Position numbers and translations under genes: made by a program. From Candidatus Bathyarchaeota archaeon (GTDB taxonomy: Archaea > Thermoproteota > Bathyarchaeia > 40CM-2-53-6 > RBG-13-38-9), in NCBI GenBank assembly GCA_963807605.1, contig CAWECG010000003.1, positions 928,001 through 992,000 of the forward strand: a stretch of 64,000 nt of DNA, given 5' to 3'. Shown here one piece after another: positions 1 to 8,693 of the stretch; within the stretch, counting starts at the first letter, position 1; each line of letters begins with the position of its first letter. The notes below the pieces were generated by a model. It did no database searches, was not told the origin of the DNA, and was given only the letters and a program-made list of their open reading frames with translations.

Positions 1-468
1 TGATGTTACCGTGTCTCCGACAGTGCCGGCGAATGTTGTTATCGCTTCCTCTTTTTCCTGAGTCAAGCTGGGTGCCGACAGTTCAATTTCACAGGTGTAT
101 GGAATCTCGCCCAAAATAGCTTGGTTATATTTTATCTCCCCTCTTCGGGCTTTCACTATCTTCTTCGTGTCAGCCAAAGAGAGTCTGAGCTTGTCACTCA
201 GGTGTAGTTCATATTCTTGCCCATGTCCTGTCTTTGTGTAGACATGTCGCGGGATCTTTCTCTTTTCTGTCTCAACAATAAAGTCAACGTAACCTTGAGA
301 CTGAAGTCGCTTCAATGTCTTTGAGAGAGTTGAGTAACTGACGCTGTGTCCACCCGCTTTAAGTCTCCGCCACAGTTCGTTGAAGCCTAATCCACTCTCT
401 TGTGGTAAGAAGTTTAGAGCCTGCAGGTCCTGTTCTTCAATATTGGCTATTGGTCCTGGCCTAGTCAT
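1..468 (-). CDS. Winged helix-turn-helix transcriptional regulator (partial, runs off window)
   Basis: Not in ORF track. ATG at 468 after GGGGAG SD, open to base 1: MTRPGPIANIEEQDLQALNFLPQESGLGFNELWRRLKAGGHSVSYSTLSKTLKRLQSQGYV...RHVYTKT, an HxlR/PadR-like wHTH pattern. Confidence 0.75.
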   Translation of the reverse strand, partial: MTRPGPIANIEEQDLQALNFLPQESGLGFNELWRRLKAGGHSVSYSTLSKTLKRLQSQGYVDFIVETEKRKIPRHVYTKTGHGQEYELHLSDKLRLSLADTKKIVKARRGEIKYNQAILGEIPYTCEIELSAPSLTQEKEEAITTFAGTVGDTVTS

Positions 469-817
469 AGGTACTCCCCATAACAGTAGTGCTATCTTAA
501 TAAGTAGTATATATAGTGTGGTAGTTGAAGGTACTCCAAATTGTGAGTGGCAGCGGAAAACACAAGAGTCACAATTTCGCCTTGCTACTCACTTCCCCTA
601 GGATGTTACTGTCAAACTGGTCCAGTAATCGCTTCGTATTAGATGCCAATGCGAGTAGACAGTATCATCAAAGGACCCCACTAACAGCTCCTTCAGGCAG
701 AGTCATAACAGAGTCCATAAACATCATTTTAAGACCTGCGAACATCAGTCAAAACCGTTGCTAGTGCCCAAAGATTACGTAGATATTAAATACGAAGTGG
801 GGACAACACCCAACTCT

Positions 818-1465
818 GTGAACAGGTTAGGACCCAGCAATCCGACCTCAGCATTGCTGGCATATTTACTAATCCTGATTTTGGTCATCTGATATGCCAG
901 TGGTCAACCAATTCTGCCCCACCACAGCAGAGCTGGAACCCACCGAACGAGGGAGTAACCGGAGGCCAAAGCCACTATGATATGGGAGGGCGGGCATCGC
1001 CGATAGATTGAATGTCTGGACTGCTGATAAGAATGGAAACCCGAAGAAGATATTCAGCCTGAGCGAACAAGTCTACCTCTACGTTGACACACCCACGAAT
1101 TGGATGGATAATTACATGTGGCTATATGAATATCACCAGTAAAATACATCATCCGGCAGATGGCGCTTCTGGAGAAGGGAGATAGGATTCAGAAGGTTGT
1201 GTTCGGGCCATTCTATCCTGACAAGTCGCAGCCCGCTGGAAACTATACGTGGAAGGCCTGGCTGCTAGAGCCTAAGAGTATGGCGTACCAAGATAAAGTA
1301 GTGACCTTCACTTATGGGTGAAGTCATACCCGATTTTACAGGTTCTGCCGTATTGATCGTCTTCATCATTCTCTTAGCCTTCCCCTTAGTCCTCAATAAG
1401 CTCAATTCTAATTATTTCAGAAGAGAATCGAATAGGAAGAGCTTAGAGAATTTAGCTTATGGTTA
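818..1465 (+). pseudogene. Decayed secreted/surface protein with PEF-CTERM-like tail
   Basis: Signal-peptide-like start (ALLAYLLILILVI*), Ig-like segments (VWTADKNGNPKKIFSLSEQVYLYV; GPFYPDKSQPAGNYTWKAWL), then IPDF + hydrophobic helix + basic residues; several stops and frameshifts. Confidence 0.6.
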
Positions 1466-1491
1466 ATTGGAAATCAGAGCAAATCCCGATT

Positions 1492-2742
1492 CTATATCTT
1501 CTTGAGAGCTTGATTGAAATCTGCGATGATATCCTCAACTGCCTCTATTCCAACTGAGACACGGATCATATCTGCAGTTATTCCCAGCTTCTCACGAGTA
1601 GCCAAATCGAAGTTCACATACTGTGAAGAGTATGGATGAATAACAAGAGTTTTACAGTCACCAAGGTTCGCGAGATGATAAACAAGTTTCAAGCTGCGTA
1701 TGAAATCGAAGCACTCCTTCTGGTCGGCAAGCCCGAAGGTAAAGAGGGCACAGCAACCTCTATAGAACTGTTTCTGAGCGGTCTCATAGCTCGGGCTTTC
1801 CTTCAGACTTGGATAGTTAACCCATTTGACCTTCTTATGATTAGACATGAATTCAACAACCTTCTCAGCATTTTGGATATGCCGTTGCATTCTAATAGCT
1901 AGAGTGTCTATTCCTAACATAGTCAGATACGAATGGAATGGAGACTGTGAAGTTCCCACATTTATGTGGATCTCTCGCCAGACCTTATCGATGTAGGCTC
2001 TCTTTCCTGCTCTCGCTTTGAACAGCTCAAAGTCTGGATATTTTTCGACCGGCCAATCGAAGTTTCCAGAATCTATTGCGACTCCACCAACGGCATCACC
2101 ATGACCACTGAGATACTTGGTTGTTGAGTGGATCACGATATCAGCGCCAATGTTGAAGGGGTTTAGCAGATACGGAGTTGGCATTGTATTATCGACTATC
2201 AAGGGTATAGCGTTTCTGTGAGCGATCGCAGCCAACTTCTCAATGTCTGGGACATCCATCTTGGGGTTGCCAACAGATTCAACAAAGATCGCTTTGGTCT
2301 TGGGAGTGATCGCTCTCTCATACTCCTCAAGAATCGTGGACTCAACAAAGTTTACTTTTATTCCGAACTTCTTGAAGACGTTAGCCAGCAGAAGGTATGT
2401 TGACATAAACAGAGAGTTTCCAGAGATCACTTCATCTCCACTCTGGACAATCGCAGCTAAAGAATTGTGAACGGCTGCCATTCCTGAGGAAGTTACTACT
2501 GCCCCGACGCCGCCTTCGAGTTGAGTAATCCTATTCTCAAGAGCCTCGTTTGTCGGATTGCGCAACCTTTGATAAATAAATCCTTTCTCCTTTCCGGCAA
2601 ATGCGTCGCTTAACTGCTCCGCTGTTGAGAACTTATGCGCGGCGGTCTGAAATATGGGCGCAAGAGTGCTCCCACACCAATTCTCAGGAGTGACTCCAGC
2701 GTGTACAACTAACGTCTCAAATCTGTACTTTTCACTAACCAT
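1492..2742 (-). CDS. metY: O-acetylhomoserine sulfhydrylase (Cys/Met metabolism PLP enzyme)
   Basis: YQRLRNPT, SSGMAA, HSTTKYLSGHG PLP-lysine motif, HLANLGDCKTLVIHP, RVSVGIE. Confidence 0.88.
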   Translation of the reverse strand: MVSEKYRFETLVVHAGVTPENWCGSTLAPIFQTAAHKFSTAEQLSDAFAGKEKGFIYQRLRNPTNEALENRITQLEGGVGAVVTSSGMAAVHNSLAAIVQSGDEVISGNSLFMSTYLLLANVFKKFGIKVNFVESTILEEYERAITPKTKAIFVESVGNPKMDVPDIEKLAAIAHRNAIPLIVDNTMPTPYLLNPFNIGADIVIHSTTKYLSGHGDAVGGVAIDSGNFDWPVEKYPDFELFKARAGKRAYIDKVWREIHINVGTSQSPFHSYLTMLGIDTLAIRMQRHIQNAEKVVEFMSNHKKVKWVNYPSLKESPSYETAQKQFYRGCCALFTFGLADQKECFDFIRSLKLVYHLANLGDCKTLVIHPYSSQYVNFDLATREKLGITADMIRVSVGIEAVEDIIADFNQALKKI

Positions 2743-2855
2743 GCTAAAGACTCCTACGTAATCATTTCAGTGTAAACAACCGTAGTCTTTAATACCTTTA
2801 GCCCTATACCGAAAGAATCGATTCTTAGACGATTGTATCCGATCTTAATTATAAT

Positions 2856-3137
2856 TTAGGATGAGAGTTTCATTTTCAGGGCTGACTTGTAACCTCGTTC
2901 GGATTTCTGAATGATAACGATGAATTCTTTCTCTTTCTGTTGAAAGCTAAGAATGGTGTCTCCGAGCTGCTCTACTGCAAGACGGATATTATCGGCTGTA
3001 GCTCGATCATCAATCAATACTCGTAGCGTCTCACCAGGCTTCATTTGATCGAGTGTGACTTTGGTCTTGAGCTGAGGGTACGGGCAACATGTACCCTTGA
3101 CATCTAAGACGCGCTCATTAACAGAAGGTTCAGCCAG
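2856..3137 (-). CDS. tusA: TusA/YeeD-family sulfur carrier protein
   Basis: Track ORF extends in frame to CTG at 3137 behind AGGAGA SD, giving MAEPSVNERVLDVKGTCCPYPQLKTK...MKPGETLRVLIDD with the CPxP motif. Confidence 0.9.
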   Translation of the reverse strand: MAEPSVNERVLDVKGTCCPYPQLKTKVTLDQMKPGETLRVLIDDRATADNIRLAVEQLGDTILSFQQKEKEFIVIIQKSERGYKSALKMKLSS

Positions 3138-3151
3138 ATTCCCGTCTCCTC

Positions 3152-3745
3152 TTATTCTTTTATTGATGCGTGTGCGTTGCGGCGTAGAGTGAACATAAGA
3201 ACTATAAGGACCACTGCAATCAGGGGCACAAGTAGAAATGTCGGAATCCGTAGTATCTGCGGCAGAAGAACCCCCGGCGGATAAAGACCGAACTCAGGAC
3301 CAATCACGCCGACAGCTTCAAGTGTAATCGCGGAGGCAAACCCCGTCATCAACCCTAGAAAGGCCACAACAGAGCTCAGTTGACCCTCACCTATCCTGAA
3401 GAGTATTCCTGCAACGCAACCTCCAGCAAGGATCATTCCAAACCCAAAGAGTAGACCACCGACCAAGTCTCGCTCGATGACTAGGGGGGGTTCAAAGAAG
3501 TTCGGGCTTACTCCTACGGATCTCAACAGATTAAACTTGTCAATTAACCCAAAAGATAATGCTAGATTGAAAAGAATCATTGACGCTAAGATCGCACCGA
3601 TGAGTCCCACTATTCTTCTGTGATTCTTGAAAAAGACCGACTCTGTCAGCATCAGGGTCATGCAAAACTGTCCTTTCTCAAAGAGGAAACCCAGAAGTAC
3701 ACCTGTGACAAATGCGATTAAGAGTATAACCACGAAGTCCGTCAA
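3152..3745 (-). CDS. YeeE/YedE (TsuA-like) sulfur-compound transporter, N-half-like subunit
   Basis: GQFCM motif, GGLLFGFGMILAGGCVAGILFRIGEG, multiple TM helices. Confidence 0.85.
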   Translation of the reverse strand: MTDFVVILLIAFVTGVLLGFLFEKGQFCMTLMLTESVFFKNHRRIVGLIGAILASMILFNLALSFGLIDKFNLLRSVGVSPNFFEPPLVIERDLVGGLLFGFGMILAGGCVAGILFRIGEGQLSSVVAFLGLMTGFASAITLEAVGVIGPEFGLYPPGVLLPQILRIPTFLLVPLIAVVLIVLMFTLRRNAHASIKE

Positions 3746-3760
3746 GGATCACCTAGGAGA

Positions 3761-4249
3761 TCAGACCCCATACTTCAACATCAACCTCAAACAAATGTAG
3801 GCTCCAACAATGATTGCTGCAGAGGCAAGTATACTTGCAGGCACTAGCAACGGGGTGCCGCCGAGAATATGGAGCAGATTGCATCCGTGGGTTAGGGCAA
3901 CTCCTAAGCCCATAAGGAGCCCACCGGCGAAAGATCTTGCCGCAATTTTTGCGCGAGGTCTTCTGAGCTTGAAGTTTCTGCCAGCAAGGGCTGAGACTAA
4001 GGATCCCACAATTGTTCCCGCCCCCCACATCCCTGATATGAGGAAAATTATCCAAGTAGGGCCGGAGAGATAGCCGTAAAGAACTGGACTCAGCTTAGAG
4101 ATGTCTCCGCTCAAGAATAGAACTGGTAGAAGAAAAGCGACTCCGGCTGCACCTGAAGGAGCATATGGAGCAATCAAAATGAATCCACCTAGATTGACTA
4201 CGACTATGAGAAGAGCTGAGACAAGTGGATGTTTGGTCCAGTCCCTCAA
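3761..4249 (-). CDS. YeeE/YedE sulfur-compound transporter, C-half-like subunit
   Basis: GTIVGSLVSALAGRNFKLR and GGLLMGLGVALTHGCNLLHILGG. Confidence 0.82.
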   Translation of the reverse strand: MRDWTKHPLVSALLIVVVNLGGFILIAPYAPSGAAGVAFLLPVLFLSGDISKLSPVLYGYLSGPTWIIFLISGMWGAGTIVGSLVSALAGRNFKLRRPRAKIAARSFAGGLLMGLGVALTHGCNLLHILGGTPLLVPASILASAAIIVGAYICLRLMLKYGV

Positions 4250-4329
4250 ATGCTTACCACTAGCTGTTGGCCTCTGAGTCTAAAAACACATGTTGAATTA
4301 TAAAAGATTACAGTGTCCTTGTCAAACAA

Positions 4330-5535
4330 TCAGACTCGAAATATACTAGTCAATAACTCCATGATAGAAACTGCAAACCAAACATACCATGAAGCCGCGA
4401 CTACCATCATGAGAGAAATGAAGAGACTTCGGACACGCTTCTTTGTCCCTCTTACATAGACATCGATTGCACCTCGGGAACAGACCTCTATGCATCTGCA
4501 ACACTTGACGCAATCTGAGTTGGGTCTATCTTTTTCGGTTAGTATCTTGGGTGAGATTGCGTGCATAGGACAAACATTTGCGCAGGCGTAGCACCTATCA
4601 CACTTGGAGGGATCTATGCCGATCTTAAAGGGAGTTATTGTGTCCACAAGAGCGATTCCGGCTCCGGCCGGGCAGATCAGACACCACCACCGTTTTCTCG
4701 TGTTGAGTGGCAGGATTAGACCCATTAAAATAAGCATCATGATGATGAGAATCGCACCTAGGGGGTAGAGAAATTTGAACATAAAACCCAATGTGCACAG
4801 AGTATTCATTCCAAGAAGAAAGCTTGGAAGAAGAAGCGCTATCATAAAGAGGTACTTGATGTATCTGACCTCTCCTTTAAGGCAGTCCAGAAGCTCTTTG
4901 CCATCGCTTGGTCTGAATCTTTCTCTAAGACCAGCTAGCTTCCATCTCTCCCTGCCTCTTGAGGCAATAGATTCAGTTTGGTTGCCAAAGTAGCAGACCC
5001 AACCACACCAACCCCTCCCAAAAACTAGAACCAAGGCCAAGTAGGGTACCAACACGAAGGTGAACATACCCAAGGTTATGGGAGGATAATGAAAGGGAAA
5101 AATGAGAAAGAGAAGTCTTTCAACTGGATACGGAATAGAAAGCTCGATCCATGGAAAAGAAAGTTGCATCAATATAGTGGAGCCTAAAGTAGATGGGAGC
5201 TGCCTGACAAAGGGTACATGTGTAAATCCAAAACCGATGACCTTCGATTCGTAGAAAAACCAATGAGTATTCACGTACTGAAGGAAAGAGGCCCAATTCA
5301 TTTCAACAAGCAGACTTAGAGCGCCAATCCAAGTTACAAATGTTAAGGCCGTTATGTAAAGCAATCTGATTCTGTGGATCTTCCAAGTTCTCAGGAGCGC
5401 ATTAATTACTGCTCCAAAACCAATCCCAAAGATCAGCCCCAATATCAGGTATGGGCGAAAGTAAATGTAGAAAACAAATGAGCCGATTACCAGACTAGTT
5501 ATTATTGGAACTGAGTTGAATGACCTATGGTTCAA
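4330..5535 (-). CDS. Membrane 4Fe-4S binding protein (NapH/MauN-like polyferredoxin)
   Basis: GRGWCGWVCYFG and RWWCLICPAG motifs, two CxxCxxCxxxC clusters, many TMs. Confidence 0.85.
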   Translation of the reverse strand: MNHRSFNSVPIITSLVIGSFVFYIYFRPYLILGLIFGIGFGAVINALLRTWKIHRIRLLYITALTFVTWIGALSLLVEMNWASFLQYVNTHWFFYESKVIGFGFTHVPFVRQLPSTLGSTILMQLSFPWIELSIPYPVERLLFLIFPFHYPPITLGMFTFVLVPYLALVLVFGRGWCGWVCYFGNQTESIASRGRERWKLAGLRERFRPSDGKELLDCLKGEVRYIKYLFMIALLLPSFLLGMNTLCTLGFMFKFLYPLGAILIIMMLILMGLILPLNTRKRWWCLICPAGAGIALVDTITPFKIGIDPSKCDRCYACANVCPMHAISPKILTEKDRPNSDCVKCCRCIEVCSRGAIDVYVRGTKKRVRSLFISLMMVVAASWYVWFAVSIMELLTSIFRV

Positions 5536-5538
5536 TTT

Positions 5539-5976
5539 CTATGTCGACCTCCCAAGCACTTGAATGAGGATTGAGTCACCTCTCAAAGTGGTTGGGCCAC
5601 TTATCCAGCCGACCGTTACTATGACAGGTTCCTCATAGTCATCAACAAGAGTTAACTCTGCCCTTCCATTAACGAGGTTAACTCTTGATTGACTTAATTT
5701 CGCATGGCTTTCTGAATTCGCGTAGATCTGAACGAGATCATTTCTTGTCGGGTCGAATCTGCCGTCGTCACTGACCGCTGATATTACTATATGATAACTC
5801 TCTCCTACAGTAGCTTGAGGATTAATCACAATCACACGTAAGTTTGTAGCTGTTACTCGAGTTCCTGAAGGGAGAAGCCAGGGTATCGCACTATAGGCTG
5901 CAAAAACTACCAGACATGACAAGTAGAGGATCGCTACGCCAATCTGGATTGAATTCCGGAGGTTTATTCGCAGCAT
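5539..5976 (-). CDS. Membrane-anchored Ig-like hypothetical protein
   Basis: N-terminal TM, then beta-rich domain (VNLVNGRAELTL); 3 bp from next gene. Confidence 0.65.
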   Translation of the reverse strand: MLRINLRNSIQIGVAILYLSCLVVFAAYSAIPWLLPSGTRVTATNLRVIVINPQATVGESYHIVISAVSDDGRFDPTRNDLVQIYANSESHAKLSQSRVNLVNGRAELTLVDDYEEPVIVTVGWISGPTTLRGDSILIQVLGRST

Positions 5977-6239
5977 CCCTTTATCACTCAGCCTCTTCGC
6001 ATGGTCTTGAGATAGGTGTCCAGCAACCTACCTGTGAAAACCGTTAGTGTTGTCTGTGAGGACAAGAGTCGATGGATCCAACTTTATATCTCTTGCGAAT
6101 CATGGGAGCACGTCAGAGGAATTAGAACTCGTAAAATCTTAAGAAAATACTAGGATCCGCCAAGAGGAAAGAGTGGATCTAAAGACCTACGTTCAATACT
6201 CCTTTTTATCGGCCCTAACGATATCTCGAGCAACATAAT

Positions 6240-7178
6240 CTATTCGCTCTCAACAAGCCTAACAATTCTAGGCCTCCCGTCAGGCTGCTTCATCTCTTTG
6301 TCCACATAGAAGAAACCGTATTCGTCTTTTATTGGATCTGCGACTAAAGCGATGACATACGAGAACTGTTGAAGAATCAACTGTGTCCTGATATCCACAT
6401 CTGAAAGAAAGGCACCCAAACCTAGATGTGAATGATACCATCCAACGATCCTTTGATTCTTACCATCGTTCATTATTTTCTCAACTATCTCTGCTAGGTG
6501 CTGTGGATCTAAGGCTACCTCAGTAGGGCCTGCATAGGATACTCGACCCGGTAGAGCCTCCTCGACGATAACAGTATTTCCCACAACCCTGCCAGTTAAG
6601 ACTCCAACAACTTCCTCATCCGGCTTATCCCTCTGATTCGTGTGGGATCTGGCGCGTTCCATAATCTCCTCTATGATTCCAGGGACGACTCCCAACTGGA
6701 AAGCTAGAGATTCTTCACCCCTGTAGATCGTCAGTTGGGAAGTGATTGGAGGAGGCATCGCGATCTTTCTGATAGGCAAATGACCTTCCACGAGCCTGTC
6801 GAAGTCTCTGGACAATCTTTCAAAAGAAATTCTAGTTTCTTCCATTTTTGAATCAAAGTCGCCAATATTCTGTGCGATGTCTTGGATTCTTTTCTCAAAG
6901 TAATCCTTGAGATCGCCAAGCTGTGATTCGAGAGAGCGACTGTTGTCAGACAAACGATTCGATTCAGACTGCAAAAAAGATACCGTACTATTGAGCGTTT
7001 GGATTTCTAGTGCTAAAGAATCCAGCTTGGAAGTTTCAGCAGCCATCTTCTCAATTAGGACTTTAGTCTCAAGAGTCCTTTTCCCTCGCGATCGTTGCCC
7101 CTTCCTATCACTCATATCCTTTGACTTACTCTTGAAGACCCTACTAATTGGGAGACCGACCACACCATTCACAACCAT
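6240..7178 (-). CDS. JAMM/MPN+ metalloprotease with N-terminal coiled coil
   Basis: EEVVGVL ... GWYHSHLGLGAFLSDVD = intact E...HxHx7Sx2D; heptad-rich residues ~40-130. Confidence 0.87.
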   Translation of the reverse strand: MVVNGVVGLPISRVFKSKSKDMSDRKGQRSRGKRTLETKVLIEKMAAETSKLDSLALEIQTLNSTVSFLQSESNRLSDNSRSLESQLGDLKDYFEKRIQDIAQNIGDFDSKMEETRISFERLSRDFDRLVEGHLPIRKIAMPPPITSQLTIYRGEESLAFQLGVVPGIIEEIMERARSHTNQRDKPDEEVVGVLTGRVVGNTVIVEEALPGRVSYAGPTEVALDPQHLAEIVEKIMNDGKNQRIVGWYHSHLGLGAFLSDVDIRTQLILQQFSYVIALVADPIKDEYGFFYVDKEMKQPDGRPRIVRLVESE

Positions 7179-7538
7179 AAGTCACGAGGAAGAGTATTAA
7201 TAATACTACCCCACCCGCCTATGAAATCCGTTGCAGATGACCGACACATCAGCATATTCAAAAAGAACCAAGCACGAATCTATTCGAATCCAAACACCAT
7301 TGAAGAGTACATAGGGTCTTGAAATAAAGGGAACTATCCGTCGTAATTGGAATAAGGCACGCGAAAGAGAAGTTCAGTGCACCACTTGAAGAACTGATCA
7401 GCATCAATGAAGCTCAGCGGATCCTAGAGGACAAATACTCCGAGCTAATAAGAAGCTTCAGAGCGTGACCCTTCCACTATGGACTACTATTCTTCAAAAA
7501 CTCCTCCGTGTCCGGGAAAAAGTCGGTCGTCCTTCAAA

Positions 7539-7949
7539 TTACGTAGAAGGTAATAGAGCTCTTATCACATCTCCGAATCTTGGAACCGTCTCAAATTGGT
7601 CGACCATCTTCAGCTCTATCCACATAAACTCAGTATGTTCCCAGTCAAGTTTGATCCTAGGAACGTGCGTCTCGAAGAGAAATGGATACACCAAAGCCTC
7701 ATTTTGGCTATCAATGTCCACCAATATGGGTGACGCCGATCCAAGAAGCTCAATTTCGTCTTCTCGAAGACCCGTCTCTTCTAGGATTTCTTTGTATGCG
7801 GTCTCCTTGGGGCCCATTCCATCTTCTATTCTGCCTGCTACTCCACACCAGAGTCCTTGGTTAATATTGACTTTGTTGCTGCGCTTCAGAAGCAAGAGAA
7901 GACCATTCCAAGTGATTAAGCACGTGACTGTATTGAATCTCTGTTTCAT
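7539..7949 (-). CDS. NUDIX hydrolase
   Basis: GRIEDGMGPKETAYKEILEETGL Nudix box; KLDWEHTEFMW. Confidence 0.9.
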   Translation of the reverse strand: MKQRFNTVTCLITWNGLLLLLKRSNKVNINQGLWCGVAGRIEDGMGPKETAYKEILEETGLREDEIELLGSASPILVDIDSQNEALVYPFLFETHVPRIKLDWEHTEFMWIELKMVDQFETVPRFGDVIRALLPST

Positions 7950-8031
7950 GAGACAACAATCTCCCCATGGACTGAGTTGTCTTGTCCAACTCTGTACGAA
8001 CTAGAAGAAACTACTCTATTAAATACTTGAA

Positions 8032-8277
8032 TTGACATGGCTAGATAATGTATCCCAACGGAAGAGGATAGATATGACAGAACAAGAACAATTGGACACA
8101 TTGAGTAACTTGATCTATCGAAGCCAAGATATGTGTCCTGCATGTAAGGAACTGTTTGACCAGATCACTTGGGAATTAATGAATGAGTTTGAAAAGGTAA
8201 TCGGCAGTAAGAAAAGAAAACGTGAAGGGGCCAATCAACCAAAAGATCTACCAAAGAGCTCGAGTGAGGTCTTATAA
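8032..8277 (+). CDS. Small hypothetical protein with CxxC
   Basis: 81-aa ORF with MCPACKE and basic tail; no family recognised. Confidence 0.45.
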   Translation: MTWLDNVSQRKRIDMTEQEQLDTLSNLIYRSQDMCPACKELFDQITWELMNEFEKVIGSKKRKREGANQPKDLPKSSSEVL

Positions 8278-8337
8278 TTGCAGCCGAAGAGACCAAAGAG
8301 GGGCACCTCATAGGGCATTCAAATGGCCCAGAGTAAT

Positions 8338-8382
8338 CTACTTCTTCTTTTTAGGCTTCTTCACCTGTTTAAATTTACCCAT
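8338..8382 (-). CDS. Putative 14-aa lysine-rich micropeptide
   Basis: GGAGGGGAGG SD directly before ATG; MGKFKQVKKPKKKK*. Confidence 0.35.
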   Translation of the reverse strand: MGKFKQVKKPKKKK

Positions 8383-8693
8383 AACCTCCCCTCCTTAAGC
8401 TTAGCTACAGAACGGGAAGAACCTCCTATCAAAATATACGATGTTTTCTTATCAATCTTGTGAAACGGGCCTATTAATGCTTAGGTGCGCGATTTCTTGG
8501 CTACTAGTCAAGATCAGAGCACCGATAATCTCACGAGAAATACAATCTCAACTCCAGGAGAATAGCTTGCAGCAGGCTTAGATTGGTTTAAGTCTCAGGT
8601 CTATCACCTATTTCACCCTCAGTGCGAGGACAGCAACTAGGTTGGAACCGTGAATGTGTTCAGTCCTGAAAGAATAATTCTAGAGGTGCGACT

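Noticed and set aside
818-1465. Stop-codon readthrough (Sec/Pyl or recoding)
   Set aside because: Mixed TGA and TAA stops plus frameshifts; intact genes end in all three stops; ordinary decay
7300-7470. Short helical reading frame (ELSVVIGIRHAKEKFSAPLEELISINEAQRILEDKYSELIRSFRA)
   Set aside because: No clear start or recognisable family; too weak to call
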